In this document: positions 24,558 through 37,600 of the stretch, one piece after another
How positions within the stretch are numbered: the first letter of the stretch is position 1
Layout of the letters: the number at the start of each line of letters is the position of its first letter
DNA from: Tubulanus polymorphus
Taxonomy: Eukaryota; Animalia; Nemertea
Assembly: GCF_964204645.1 (NCBI RefSeq)
Contig: NC_134034.1
Location: 14,128,010-14,192,009 of the forward strand
Direction of reading: 5' to 3'
DNA length: 64,000 nucleotides
Notes under the pieces: generated by a model
What the model was told of the DNA's origin: nothing
What the model saw: the letters and a program-made list of their open reading frames with translations, nothing else
Database searches by the model: none
Made by a program: the position numbers and the translations under genes

Positions 24558-24720
24558 AGTCCCAAACACAGTAAATTGAGCCGCAATCTTTGACAAGCTT
24601 TCAAATCATGATGGCATCAATGATTTGAGAACGGCGCTGAAAACCTGCTTGGATTTTGGTTAACTCTGTTTTAAAACACCACTGAAACTATTTAGTTTCT
24701 AGAGGTCTGTGATTAGGGCC
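24558..24720 (-). pseudogene. Possible decayed LINE reverse-transcriptase fragment
   Basis: Translation with stops NHRPLE...KIQAGFQRRSQIIDAIMI*KLVKDCGSIYCVWD resembles NYRPIS...QAGFR..RSTID.I, but spacing is short. Confidence 0.3.
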
Positions 24721-25150
24721 TAAGATATATCAACCTGAATCGAGGGATCACTTGTTCACTTCATTGCAAACAGTTATTTCTTGAACTTCCTGATGACTGC
24801 AGTTAATTAGTAGAGCATCACCCTGAAATAAACATAGAAACCTGTCAGAGAAAGCACTATAAAATCAAGGGTATCGGCGGGGTCAAATTCTTTATCTGTG
24901 TTGATAGCAATTACAGGGACTTGACACAAAAGGATTTTGACCCCAGTATCCTCAGTCTTTTTATATATAGTACCTAGGATACTGCGGTCGAAATGCTCAA
25001 ATGCTCTGTATTGATAGTAATAGTTTATATTAGGCCTCAATCCACACTAGATATACATTTTACTAATTGAATCTTGAATGTCGGCCGACAGTTTTACACG
25101 CATTAGCTCGACATGGCGGTTTTATGTCCAACACACAGGAGCTTATCACC

Positions 25151-25357
25151 ATTTGATGGAGGATGGACCACACCAGTATCCTTATATAGATAGGGGGGCT
25201 AACTGCAGTTTGGGTCACCTATCCACTGGGTGGCGCTAGTGTTATTAAAGAATAGTGTTATTGTAAGGTTAGGTACATACCATTAGGGACACCTAAACTG
25301 CAGTCATACCTAGATAGGGATACTGGCAACTGGTGTCATCCATCCGTCCATCAAATT
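25151..25357. mobile_element. Nested inverted-repeat elements (Helentron/MITE-like core)
   Basis: Outer ATTTGATGGA-GGATGGA / TCCATCCGTCCATCAAAT, middle CCAGTATCC / GGATACTGG, inner ACTGCAGTTT / AAACTGCAGT. The inner core recurs inverted at 63869-63930. Confidence 0.6.
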
Positions 25358-26399
25358 GTGACGGAATTCATTGTGACAAGCCCCTGTGTTCCGACACCTT
25401 CCATCTCGAATCACCTTCAACCGTACAACAAAAGTATTCGATTCATAAGTAAATTTACTTACTGTTTTTCAATGTTGAAATGGTTTGAAGACATTCACTT
25501 CTGCGTTGAAAGAGAAGCTTCTAAATATTTCAAGTGTAAATTTCGATTGATTCGTCCGCCATCATTCTTAAATGGGACATACTCCACTTGGGAGGGCTAG
25601 TTCTGTAGTCCGCGCAGATCGAGGTCGACTAGGGCTCAGGGGCATTAGCGCTCCGGGCACCAACTAAAGAGTTCACGATAGTGCCCGCGGTAGACTTTAC
25701 ATGCCGCTCCGAATTGATAGTTGCGGGAAATAAAACCACGAAATTAGGAATTTGTTGCGATTTCCGTGCAATAGTTCACTGAAGAATTATGTGAAAAATA
25801 TTCCCAATAAAATACCGGTATTTCAAACAAAGAAACTTAATAACTTAAATCGGAGAGGTATTTCACCTAGTTTATCAGCGGGGCGCGGCCGACATCGACA
25901 AGTTCTATATTTCTGTGATAAATTTCTATAACATATTTTGCTCAAATAAACTCATTTCATTATCATATCGATGAAAATAAGTGTAGTTATTGATTTCAGT
26001 ATGAAATTTGGCTCTGTTTTGAGGAATTACTATTTTTCCAGACATCGGATCCAGAATATCACCTTGCCATCACCATGACAACGCACCAGTCAAAACAAAC
26101 GACAATCATTCAGAAATGAAGCCCAGTAGATTCTAAAATTTGGTTTCAAGTTTATTTATTTTGGTTGAGTAGATTCTGAATGATGCAAAGTTTACCAGAG
26201 ACACTGGTTTTACCAAAATCATCTCTGGGGGACAGTGCCAATCCTGGAAGGGTTTTAACAGTCACTCAGATATTGTGTTCCACTGCATTCAGATCAAACC
26301 AACAGTTCACACTCAACTTGAGAAATACATTGTGTTAATCTAAAATAAATTTCACGTTTTTTTTTACACTCAAGATATAAATTAGAATACAATACGTGG

Positions 26400-27256
26400 A
26401 GTTCCACTAATCATGGTCGATGTTTACGTACAAACTGACGATCAAAACCCGGCAAACTCGATACAATAGAAAAACCTTCCACACTCTGGAGCTCGTTCAG
26501 TCTATTCTGGACGCCGTCCTAAACCGTCTCCGGGTGTAAAACTGCAGAGCTTCATCACCCGTAACAGAACCTGTCTTCTTTACATAAATATCATCATAAT
26601 GATATAAACTATCAATAACGTGTTTTATTCCTGATATAGCTATTTAAATCTAAAACTACATTTTAAATGTGAAATGTTCTTTAAAAGGTCAAAATCAAGA
26701 TGGCGGCTTTTTCAAGTAAAACCTCGAAATTAAAAAACAATTTCTACAGTAATAAACATCTGTATTAAGATAAAATCCCACTATTTTAATCTGTAAATAG
26801 TGGGATTTTATCTTATTATCCGTTCATCACGTTTGAGTGTGGTTATCGTTCTACATCTGTATTGTCTATATGTGTGACGCGCGTTGTTGTACAAGGACAG
26901 CTGGTGACTGATAATAGTAACCGTTTTGTTGACAGACGACTGTATTATCTGTAATTGACTTGAATTAATGACACTGATCAAATTTGAATTTCTCCATCTT
27001 CACTAGTTGTATACGGTATCGACCGATTCACTGTTTGATTCACCGTAGATGATGTTCGGGAATCCACGCTTTGAGAATACGAACATTTCCCCCTATCGCG
27101 TAGTTATGTGGTTCAATGTCAGTTAGAGCAAATTAAGATTACGAAAGTGACACTTATAGGGCCCAGTTTTTGGACTACATGTTTATCAGATTTTGTTAAA
27201 CTTTGAATATCAGACGGACTGTACATATAATCAGCCCACGATAAACCAGGTACCAC
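26400..27256 (-). pseudogene. Possible decayed protein-coding exons, unidentified
   Basis: Acceptor TTATTATAG at ~27256 followed by VPGLSWADYMYSPSDIQSLTKSDKHVVQKLGP..., then frameshifted protein-like pieces (DIEPHNYAIGGNVRILKAWIPE; DNTVVCQQNGYYYQSP; DGVQNRLNELQSVEGFSIV). Confidence 0.25.
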
Positions 27257-28395
27257 TATAATAAATACGTGTATTTTGAACATAAGATGTAGAACACCAG
27301 AAGATCTCAATCTCTCTAGTCAATCTGAAAATTATTTCATTTCATCTTCCATTTCTCCTTTTCTATTAGTATTTTTTAAACCATCGAATTATTCAATATT
27401 GTAAAAAGTAAGTTCCGCCATTTATATTGAAAATTATAAATCCAACCATCATTTTTTTTATACTAAGTTGTTTAATTGAAGAACTTAATTGTAACGTACA
27501 AAATAAACTCGATGATTTTTCGCTGAATAAAACTTAAGTGAATATTTTAATCGCTTGATGTTTACGTCATACGGTTTACTTCAGTAAAAGTCGAAAAAGT
27601 TTATCTTATTTGTAAACTGTCGAAACGCTATCATTTTTCTGATAACAACAATTCTCTATTAAGACCCCATCGACGCCAATAATAAATTACCCTTTTTCCA
27701 CCAAAATGGCATTTAGGGGACGACAGGAATCATGAAATAGCCTCAACAAAGGCAAAATAGGCCCAAACAATAGGTAATAGCACCTGGCTCGCCAACCCAA
27801 TTTAGGACAGTGTAACTTCAACCTAGAGCGATTTCACCCACCCCGAGTGCTACTAAGCTCCTGTGTATCAAGTTTAATCGTAATCGGTCCATTGGGTCAA
27901 GAGATATAGACATTTATCCAAAGCGACACCTATATGGAAAAGAGTGGAAATTGTTGCATACCAACCGTAAAGTAGATATTGTGGTTTTTATATATATATT
28001 GAATAATGTCACCAACTCTTTTATTCATTTAGAAATAAACTACTGTATTGAGCGAAGTATCTTTTAAATAAAGTGGCCTCCACTAGATAAAGCAAATATA
28101 TGTGTTCAAAATATATAAGTTAGTACAGAATCTATTGACCAAAAAACAACCCGAGTCAAACAGATGATCATCGTACTACAAATACCTCGCTGGGCCAAAA
28201 ATTAGCCCCAACCTGAGGCACTAACCCTAACCCTAGATCGACCGTAACCCTAACCCTAGCAGGACTCGAACCTGCGACCAACAGCATGCCAGACGAGCGT
28301 GTTAACCACTAGACCATACACCAGTGACGATTAACGCAGTTTGTTAGTTTGTCTGGTCATTGTGTTAACCAGTGACCGGTCAGGTGTGGTGACCA

Positions 28396-28545
28396 GTATC
28401 GTATCGTATCGTATCGTATCGTATCGTATCGTATCGTATCGTATCGTATCGTATCGTATCGTATCGTATCGTATCGTATCGTATCGTATCGTATCGTATC
28501 GTATCGTATCGTATCGTATCGTATCGTATCGTATCGTATCGTATC
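28396..28545. repeat. Perfect (GTATC)30 microsatellite
   Basis: Direct reading. Confidence 0.98.
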
Positions 28546-29337
28546 AATATTTATTCCTACCTTACAGATTCTGCGACTCCTGTGTGTGTGTATGAATTCA
28601 GTGAGGATCCTTAAAGTAAATTTAAACCCTTCAGTTTCAGAAACGTTTTATATTAATCCTGAATGCGATTCCAATTCGAATGATTCCTGAAAAAAACAAT
28701 TAGAAATTGAAAAGATCAGACGCCAATATTAAAGATAAAATACCTTTTTGAATTCATGTTAAATGAGCCTACCGAAGATTCATACTATTCAGATATATGA
28801 TAAATTGATTTTGTTTAATATTTGAGAAAGAATACAGAGTTTTCACCGACTGAATCTAAACATCGTCGGTAAAAGTTTTGACAAAACGTCTAAATTTATC
28901 GACGTCAGTAAATTGTAAGATGGGTGGTAAATACCGGAATAACTACCACACTGAAACGTGGAGAATTAAATTAGAGGATAAAGAAATCATAAGTGATCTT
29001 GACGGCAATTTATGCTAAAACTGAGAACATAGTTAAACATTGACCAGTCAGGTGTGGTGACTCTATTCACTAAGAATATCCGCTATCATTATCTGACTAT
29101 AACAGTTTCTAATCGGACCCCTGATTGCCGCCAGTAATAAATTAAACCTTTCTCATCCACCTAACGCTAGTGAAAGTGACCAGAATTCGTTCAACTTTTT
29201 CAGTACTATATTTCACTGATACCCGTTTGTTTTGGATCGAGCTTGCAAAACAGAACTGTCAAAATATATTCGGTTTAAAAACCTATGCGTGAAGTATGGT
29301 GAAATATCAGAATTTTCGGTGTTGAAATATTTGAATA

Positions 29338-29490
29338 AGTATGGAAGCCCTGAGAAGGCATCTTGGGTTTAGAGTTAATGCTCCTAACGTGTGGAATATT
29401 TTACCAAGTTCTCTTAGTTCAATTGAAAAGGTTGAATGTTTTAAAAGATCATTGAATACACACTTTTTTAAGCAGGCTTTTAGTTGTTAA
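29338..29490 (+). mobile_element. 3' end fragment of an L2/CR1-group LINE ORF2
   Basis: FRVNAPNVWNILPSSLSSIEKVECFKRSLNTHFFKQAFSC* matches the typical C-terminal AP.LWN.LP...FK..LKTHLF..AF motif. Confidence 0.8.
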
Positions 29491-29867
29491 TTTTACTATG
29501 TCGTTAATTCATAACATTGTCATTACTTGTTATGACAATGTTATGACTTGTTATGACAATGTCATAATGTCATAACATTGTACGATGACAAGTCATAACA
29601 CGGCATTCGTTATTACACGTATCGATGACACCCAGTCCCAGAATTAACAATTAACTATTTAAAATGTTTCTATCTCCCTCATGGATTGTGAACTTAGGTA
29701 ATTTATCTACATCTGTTGCAACGCTACGCAATAAAGCGGCGTGTACTGGATAAATAAACGAATTGTGTTATAAAAAAACAATTAAAGAGAATCATTGTCG
29801 ATAAAATTGCGTCGTCGTCATTACCTGTCATGAAAATTTCATAACATTGTCATTACTTGTTAGAAAT

Positions 29868-30300
29868 TAGGCGTCCCCTGCTCAAACCACGAAAATCAGT
29901 GTCAAATAATTCGCGAAAATGAACTAAGTTGAGACCTGAAAAGCGACCTTTTTCTAACTTCCTGCACGACCCTAATAGTGGCCTAGGGCTCTGAAACTTC
30001 TCGGGTATTTAGAAGGGGTCATATAGTTGATATAGAACCATTAAAATCCTGGTCGCGGGGCTCCGTTGAGCCTAGGCGTCCCCTGCTCAAACCGCGAAAA
30101 TCAGTGTCAAATAATTCGCGAAAATGCATTAAGTTAAGACCTGAAAAACGACCTTTTTCTAACTTCCGGCACGACCTTGATAGTGGCCCTAGGGCTCCGA
30201 AACTTCTCGGGTATTAAGAAGGGGTCATGAAGTTGATATAGAACCATTAAAAATCCTGGACGCGGGGCTCCGTTGAGCCTAGGCGTCCCCTGCTCAAACC
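29868..30300. repeat. ~205-bp tandem repeat (2 units plus start of a third)
   Basis: TAGGCGTCCCCTGCTCAAACC at 29868, 30073 and 30280. Confidence 0.9.
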
Positions 30301-30900
30301 AGTACTCTGTCGGTGCACAGTACTCCGTCGGTACACAGTACTCTATCGGTACACAGTACTCTGTCGGTACACAGTACTCTGTCGGGAAACAGTACTCCGT
30401 CGGTACACAGTACTCCGTCGGGACACAGTACTCCGTCGGTACACAGTACTCTGTCGGTACACAGTACTCCGTCGGGACACAGTACTCCGTCGGGACACAG
30501 TACTCCGTCGGTACACAGTACTCAGTCGGTACACAGTACTCCGTCGATACACAGTACTCCGTCGGGACACAGTACTCCGTCGGGACAAAGTACTCTGTCG
30601 GTACACAGTACTCCGCCGATACACAGTACTCCGTCGGGACACAGTACTCCGTCGGGACACAGTACTCCGTCGGTACACAGTACTCCGTCGGGACACAGTA
30701 CTCTGTCGGTACACAGTACTCCGTCTGTACACAGTACTCCGTCGGGACACAGTACTCCGTCGGGACACAGTACTCTGTCGGTACACAGTACTCCGTCTGT
30801 ACACAGTACTCCGTCGGTACACAGTACTCTGTCGGGACACAGTACTCCGTCGATACACAGTACTCTGTCGGTACACAGTACTCTGTCGGTACACAGTACT
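30300..30900. repeat. 18-bp minisatellite CACAGTACTCYGTCGGKA, block 1 (~33 units)
   Basis: Direct reading. Confidence 0.97.
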
Positions 30901-31298
30901 CGCAATTTTTGCCGATTGTTAACAATGAAGGGGCATTTAGCCGTATTCTGTATAATTGTTAAGGGGCACTTTTAAAGATTATAGGGGCACTAGGCGAAGT
31001 TGGCGACAACCATTCTTTCATGGGTTCGCCAGCTTCATTTTTTATCCGCATGTGTTGAAATCTTGTCTCGGATTCGTTTATTCTGGATTGCTCTGCTAGC
31101 CTCTAGAAGCCCTCTAAAAGCCTTTAAATGGTACCATATTTTCAAAATTTTCCGGGGGTGGGCCCCCAGACCCCCCTCTAAGGACTTCGCGCCTTCGGCG
31201 CTCGCATTGAACTGGATACTGGGTGTGCCCTAAGATCAGAAAGGTGCCCTTAAATTTCCTTCCAATACTGTCTACCCATCCCCCTGGATCCGCCCCTG
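30901..31298. mobile_element. Truncated hAT-like MITE interrupting the 18-mer array
   Basis: Right terminus CCCCTGGATCCGCCCCTG (reverse complement of CAGGGGCGGATCCAGGGG); no matching left end. Confidence 0.55.
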
Positions 31299-31299
31299 G

Positions 31300-31640
31300 G
31301 TACTATGTCGGGTCACGGTACTCTGTCGGTACACAGTACTCCGTCGGGACACAGTACTCCGTCGTCGGTACACAGTACTCCGTCGGGACACAATACTCGT
31401 CGGGACACAGTACTCCGTCGGGACACAGAACTCCGTCGGTACACAGTACTCCGTCGGGACACAGTACTCGTCGGGACACAGTACTCCGTCCGGTACACAG
31501 TACTCCGTCGGGACACAGAACTCCGTCGGGACACAGTACTCCGTCGGGACACAGTACTCCGTCGGTACACAGTACTCTGTCGGTACACAGTACTCTGTCG
31601 GTACACAGTACTCTGTCGGTACACAGTACTCTGTCGGGAC
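31300..31640. repeat. 18-bp minisatellite, block 2 (~19 units)
   Basis: Direct reading; fuses into the H module through ACAC microhomology. Confidence 0.95.
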
Positions 31641-34600
31641 ACTAGGGTTTCTGCGTTCATTAAACAGGCCAACACTCGTCAGTGTTTGTTTCTTGGTAAT
31701 TTTAGTGCCCTGGGGCCAGTTCGATGGGTGAAGACTGATTCTATTGGCTAATACAGTCAAACTAAATCGTTTAATCCGCATCGGCTTAATCCGAATTTTG
31801 GTCTAATCCGGATAATATTTACAGTCAATTTAATCATTAATATACACGAAAATGACTTTTAAATCCGGATTTGCCGTAAAACGAATGAATTTTGTTGGTC
31901 CCAATGATCGGAATTAGGGAGATTCTATCATACCATTAATTTACTCTCCTTATATAAAGCTCTAATGTTGGTACAGTTATTAATTTCTAACAAACTAGTG
32001 TTGAGTGATGAATGAAATTTGACTTAAGAAAAATCTGTATTCCTCACATGCCGCAGTAAAATAGCAAGACTGCATCAAATTACAACCGTTCAGTGCTGCC
32101 CCTATGAATAACGATAGCGGAATTTCTGTGAACTAAAGTAGTAATTACGGAAACCTCGGAACGAATGATTAGATTGGTAAAGAGCGTGGTTTTCATTAGA
32201 ATAAATTCTTTGAATATTGCGTAGAATACAAAACCTAATCTAATCGAAAAGAAGCCGAGACCTGCAATCGACTGGTTGCCATTTCTACTTGCGAATGCAG
32301 GTGGCGGTGACCAGTCTACCGGCGGGAATCCCAATCTGAGGTACACTATGACGCAATATCAAAATGGCGTGCTTTACCGAATTACCATAACACGAAATTA
32401 AGCAAAAACCTCACCTAAACATTGCCACCCTCCTTCCCGACCCCTGAAATCAGTATTTCAATATATGGTAAGTGTTTGTAACATTGGTTTAAATGGCGAA
32501 AAATATTCCATCTCAGATATTGTGGGAAATCATATTATTTCAGAGTCACATCCTGCAAACAGTGCACATATGGTGGCGCTCAGTCGAGCATATCGACGTC
32601 ATTCCATCCTGATATATCTGGACCACGATGGGCTTCACCTCGCTGTTTTGTGATGAATTTGTTCTAAAATGATTCCATCGACTGATTACATCAAACAGTG
32701 AAAACAGTGTAAGTTTATTTCATCTGTCGCTTAACCTATAGGCCTATTAATCGCACTCCAAACATGTCGGACACCAACATCCTCCCATGGGAGGGATTTG
32801 AACCTGATGACATTGCTCGCTACACTCAGCCACGGTACGAACCCCTGCCACACTAGACCGGGTGCGCAGGTACATGCGCAGCTTTACCGTGCGAAATCTT
32901 GCGGCACCAATCAGATTGCTCGTTAATCGCTGAGGTAAATTTCACGGAAGAACTATAAATGGGAAAACCCGGGCTCAAATAAAACTGAATTTCTGATTGG
33001 CTATTAATGACATCAACTAAGCTGCGCGTGTAGCTGCTGCGCACTCGGTCTAGTGTGGCAGGGATTCGTACCGTGGCATTCTGGATGCCATCAGGTTCGA
33101 GTTCCTGCCGCGGGAGGATTGATGCCTCTACTTGCCTCCATTCGTCTGTGATATTGATGATGATGATGATCATCGGTTTCAGAAACAGATAATATTTAAA
33201 CTGTTCGTTTTTTCATTACTTTCTTGTTTATATTTCATGTTGAACTCTAGATGCAAAACCTAAACTGTTGATAGAAAAACCCCGTGAATAAACGAACTGC
33301 AGATTTGAGCGAACAATCTAATTTGTAAGTTTGAATTTTAGATTTGATATTTCTGCAGTTATTTCTAAGGAAAGAAAACAATCTTAGATTTGTCTATTAT
33401 AGGTATCACTTCAACATGTTCAACGGGAATTTTGATTCAGCACCGGAAAACAAGAATCACTCTTAGATTCAGCACAGGACAACAAGGAATCAGTGTTTCA
33501 CAATCAGACTTTTTTGGTTTTGCGCCGGACATCGGGAATCATTCTTGGATTCAGCACAGGACAACAAGGAATCAGTGTTTTACTACCAGACTTTTTTTTG
33601 ATTTAGCACAGGACATCGGGAATCACTCTTGGATTCAGCATGACGTCAGGAATCACTATAGCCTATGTGGAAATTCAAGATAAGTTACATTTATTTATCG
33701 GTGGTTGAATTGATTTTAAGGGACTAATTTTATATTGTTTGTTATAAACCATGTTTTGAAATGAAATCTCAGAACCTGTTGCAGTTATTCAATCATTTCA
33801 AATTTCTTTTGGTGAATATTTGGCTATAATCAGTTCATGGTTGGAATTGTTATTTCTGTAAGCGGGTTTACAGGTTTTCTAAATTGTGATCAACTCAAAT
33901 GTTATTTCTAATCAATATGAAAGTGGTTCCTGATGTCAATAATACAACTGTTATCAATCATGTTCCTTCTTGATAATCAGATCATGTGTATCTTGAGAGT
34001 TAGAATTTCTATAGATTAAACTGCTGTACTTATTTCGTACTGATTGTACAGTTACAGATACATGTAACATTGTGTACCGATACTGAGATACAGATCACTG
34101 CATTTCTTCATCCTGTGATTGAACAGTGATTTAATGTTCTTTCATCTTCATTAGATTCTCATCTGTCTAACTAAAACATCAGAACATTCAACTCACCTAA
34201 CCACGGGATTTAGGGAGGGTGGGTAGGGTTGGGGGGAGGGAAGGGGTAGAGGGAGGGAGGGTTGGGGTGGGGGACGGTGGGAGGGAAGGGGTCTGGGAGG
34301 AAGGGTGGGAGAGATGGGGTGAGGGAGGGCGGGAGGGAAGGGGTGTGGGAGGGAGGGCGGGAGGGAAGGGGTCCGAGAGGGCAGGAGGGAAGGGGTCCGG
34401 GAGGGATGGGGTTTGGGAGGGTGGGAGGGATGTAGGGGTGGTGGTAGGACTTGGGAGGGTGGGAGGGATGTAGGGGTGGTGGTAGGACTTTGGAGGGAGG
34501 GATATAGGGTGGGGCTTTAGGGTTTAGGTACAGGTACAGGTACAGGTGGTTTAGTCGTAGTTTTAGTCTTGAAGTTCAGGATATTTCAGAAAATGTGTCC

Positions 34601-37600
34601 CATCTTTTTATTATTCTAAGAAAGGATTAATCATTATGAAACACGTGACTGCAACATGTCATGTTTCAGTTGTTATGCACGACAAGCTGTATAACCATCG
34701 GCCAATTGGACTCGTTCTATTTCACTGGTTGTTATTTCTATGAGACCCGGGTTTGATCCCCGGTGAGTGCGCACGTTATTTCACCGTCACTTCTCTCAAT
34801 CGTTATGAGATAATTGCCCCAGATTTTTGAATTGGGACGTTTCAATTTTGAGGGCCATTATTTAATGTGGTCAGGAATGAGAGATATTTTTTGAATGATC
34901 ACAAACTGCTCCTTGGCTCCGATCAAAACACGGCTTCATTAATAATTCAATGAAACAACAATCATACGTAATAATTACTGTTGATATCTGGCCGTTTACT
35001 GATACATTTCCAGCTGAAAGATGTATTTTCTTCTGTGCTATTTTAAAAACGGCTGTAAATACTGAGAACTGTATAGGACGACTTAGAAAATTGTTGACGA
35101 GAGTCGAGATGCAGTTCACATTCATCGCTGCCTCCTCTTTTTTCTGCAGATTCTTAGACAGAGACCTACTCTTCATTTTTGGAAGAAGAGTATAGAACTC
35201 ATTAGAATAAGTGATATGTTTTGTTATCACTTTTATGGACACACTTCTTCATTTGCCTTCATGGCACAGTATATCACTATTCATAGATATCCTTAATAAT
35301 TACTTATCCTTTTCAAAAAGATGGGACACAATTTCTGAAATAAACTGTACAATTTCTAGGTGGGACAAAGATTGACACGGAGATACTATTGTTCTATTAT
35401 TATATTCATTTTAGAATAGGATAATATTCTATTTCTACCTGTGACTTATAATTCTATTCTAGACAGAATTTAAGGGGCTGCGAACTAATTATACTTCTAT
35501 CAGGAAATATTTTACTGAATTTAAAAGCCATAAAAACAAATGATATTCAACCAGATGTAGTTGTAGTTTTTACAGTTAGGCTACGGCAATCTTCCTACTA
35601 CAATGAGACTCTGATAAAGCGTGGGGGAGGTGTATCTAGTGTATTTTGCCATTTTTCATGATCATATCAGTTTATGAAAGTTATTTCATCCTCCGCTGTT
35701 ATTTAAAATATTATCAGTGCTCGATCAATTTGTCAGTTTATAGCTTTTAGACTTCGATCAATGCATCATTTTCTGATAGACTCAAATTAGTCAGAATTAT
35801 TTCAGACTTAATCAATTAGTCCAAGATTTTGAGCCCATTCAGTGTGAACATAATTCTTCACTTTATTCTAGTGATGAGTGTTTAGTCCAATTCCCCTATT
35901 CAACATATGCAACGCTCAATTTCTCATGTTATTTGCTAATCAAACCAGAGCCATAAAACTGACTTACCTTTAACGAGGGCCATGAGCTATATTTACCCTC
36001 CGTGGTCACCAAATCAGAACCATAGACCAAACTTTGACTCTTTAGTCACCAAAACAGGGCTATGAACCAAACTTTGACTATTTGGTCACTAAACCTGAGC
36101 CATGAACCAAACTTTGACTCTTTGGTCACCAAAACAGGGCTATGAACCAAAATTTGACTCTTTGGTCACCAAAACAGAGCTATGAACCAAACTTTGACTC
36201 TTTGGTCACCAAAACAGAGCTATGAACCAAACTTTGACTCTTTGGTCACTAAACCCGAGCCATGAACCAAACTTTGACTCTTTGGTCACCAAACCTGGGC
36301 TATGAACCAAACTTCGACGCTTAGGTCACCAAACCAAGGCCATAAATGAAAGATTTAACGTTTTTTAAAGTTATTTCTGTTGCCCTCATGACTCAATATT
36401 TGAGAATGGAACAAATGACGTAGTTAATGAAAGATTCATCTGTATCAGTGTTGCTGCTGGTGCTGCTGATGCTGCTGCAGCTGCTGGTGCAACTAACACA
36501 ACCTTTTGCTGTTTGTCTCTAAAAGATTAAACTTGATCCCAGTCGGAACGGATGAGAATTTTAGTGAGACGACAAATAAGGAAAAGCCATATGAAAAAAT
36601 GTAAAGCGAATGCGTGAATAAAATAAAACAGCATGAAATGCTGATATAAAGAGTGGGGTCCGAGAGCAATTCGAAGGTTTAGTGTCCTGCACGCTTAGCG
36701 AGCGGGCAGGGGTCTATTCCTACCTCGACTCAAAAAAGATGAAATATAAAGAGAAGGGTCCGAGAGCAATTCGAAGGTTTAGTGTCCTGCACGCTTAGCG
36801 AGCGCGCAGGGGTCTATTCCTACCTCGACTCATGTGCTAAAAGTCAGAGAAAAGAGTAAAAACGAAAAATGGCAAATGAAGGAAAAATGGCTGGAGTTTG
36901 ATTTGTTCCACTGGGTTTAAGTGTTAACTTGAAAAGACAATCAAACAGATTATTTAATGACGTATATATTTTGCATCAGCAGTTTAAAAACATTGATTAA
37001 TAACTTTTATGAATAGGATTCCATAAACTACTTGCTTATATGAAACCTCTAGTAGAGAGTATTGAAATAGTCCACAATGGTTTCATTTAGTGACGTCATG
37101 TTGAATTGGTGAAGCAACATAAATAGCATTAATTGTTTTGATCTCAGCCATCATTCTTGTCCTTGGTTTGTGTTTGCCTTTCTCACGACATTTTGTGAGT
37201 GTGGAGGTTTGGTTCGGGTTTATTTCCTTGGTTCGGGTGAACCCTCGGTATACCTCCCCCTCCCTTACAACATTAGGTTCCTCAGGTTTGGTTTGATGTT
37301 TTGTAGATGAAACCTCTACAACTCAAACTCGCATCATTTGATGAAATGAAATCTGTTTACAGACGACTGCTGCAACTTGTCGTGAAACTGAGATATATTG
37401 TGAATACTTATTAGAGGGAGTAGAAATAATAGGAATAATTTGATGAAATTGATAAAGAAATCATCTGTAAAAATGAAGCCATGTGATTTTCAAGACCAAC
37501 CCAGGCATATGATCATTTGAAGTCATCTGAATGCCTCCAAAATGTGTAGAGAAAGTATCTGTGAGTCCCATCAATGATGCAATTGATTAAGGATTTTGAT

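Noticed and set aside
30134-31781. Long ORFs (PTEYCV / GTQYSV repeats)
   Set aside because: Produced by an 18-bp tandem repeat open in most frames; no gene context.
34871-35242. Transposase inside the Tc1/mariner-type element
   Set aside because: No HTH or DDE/D motifs; frame disrupted in the U1 copy.
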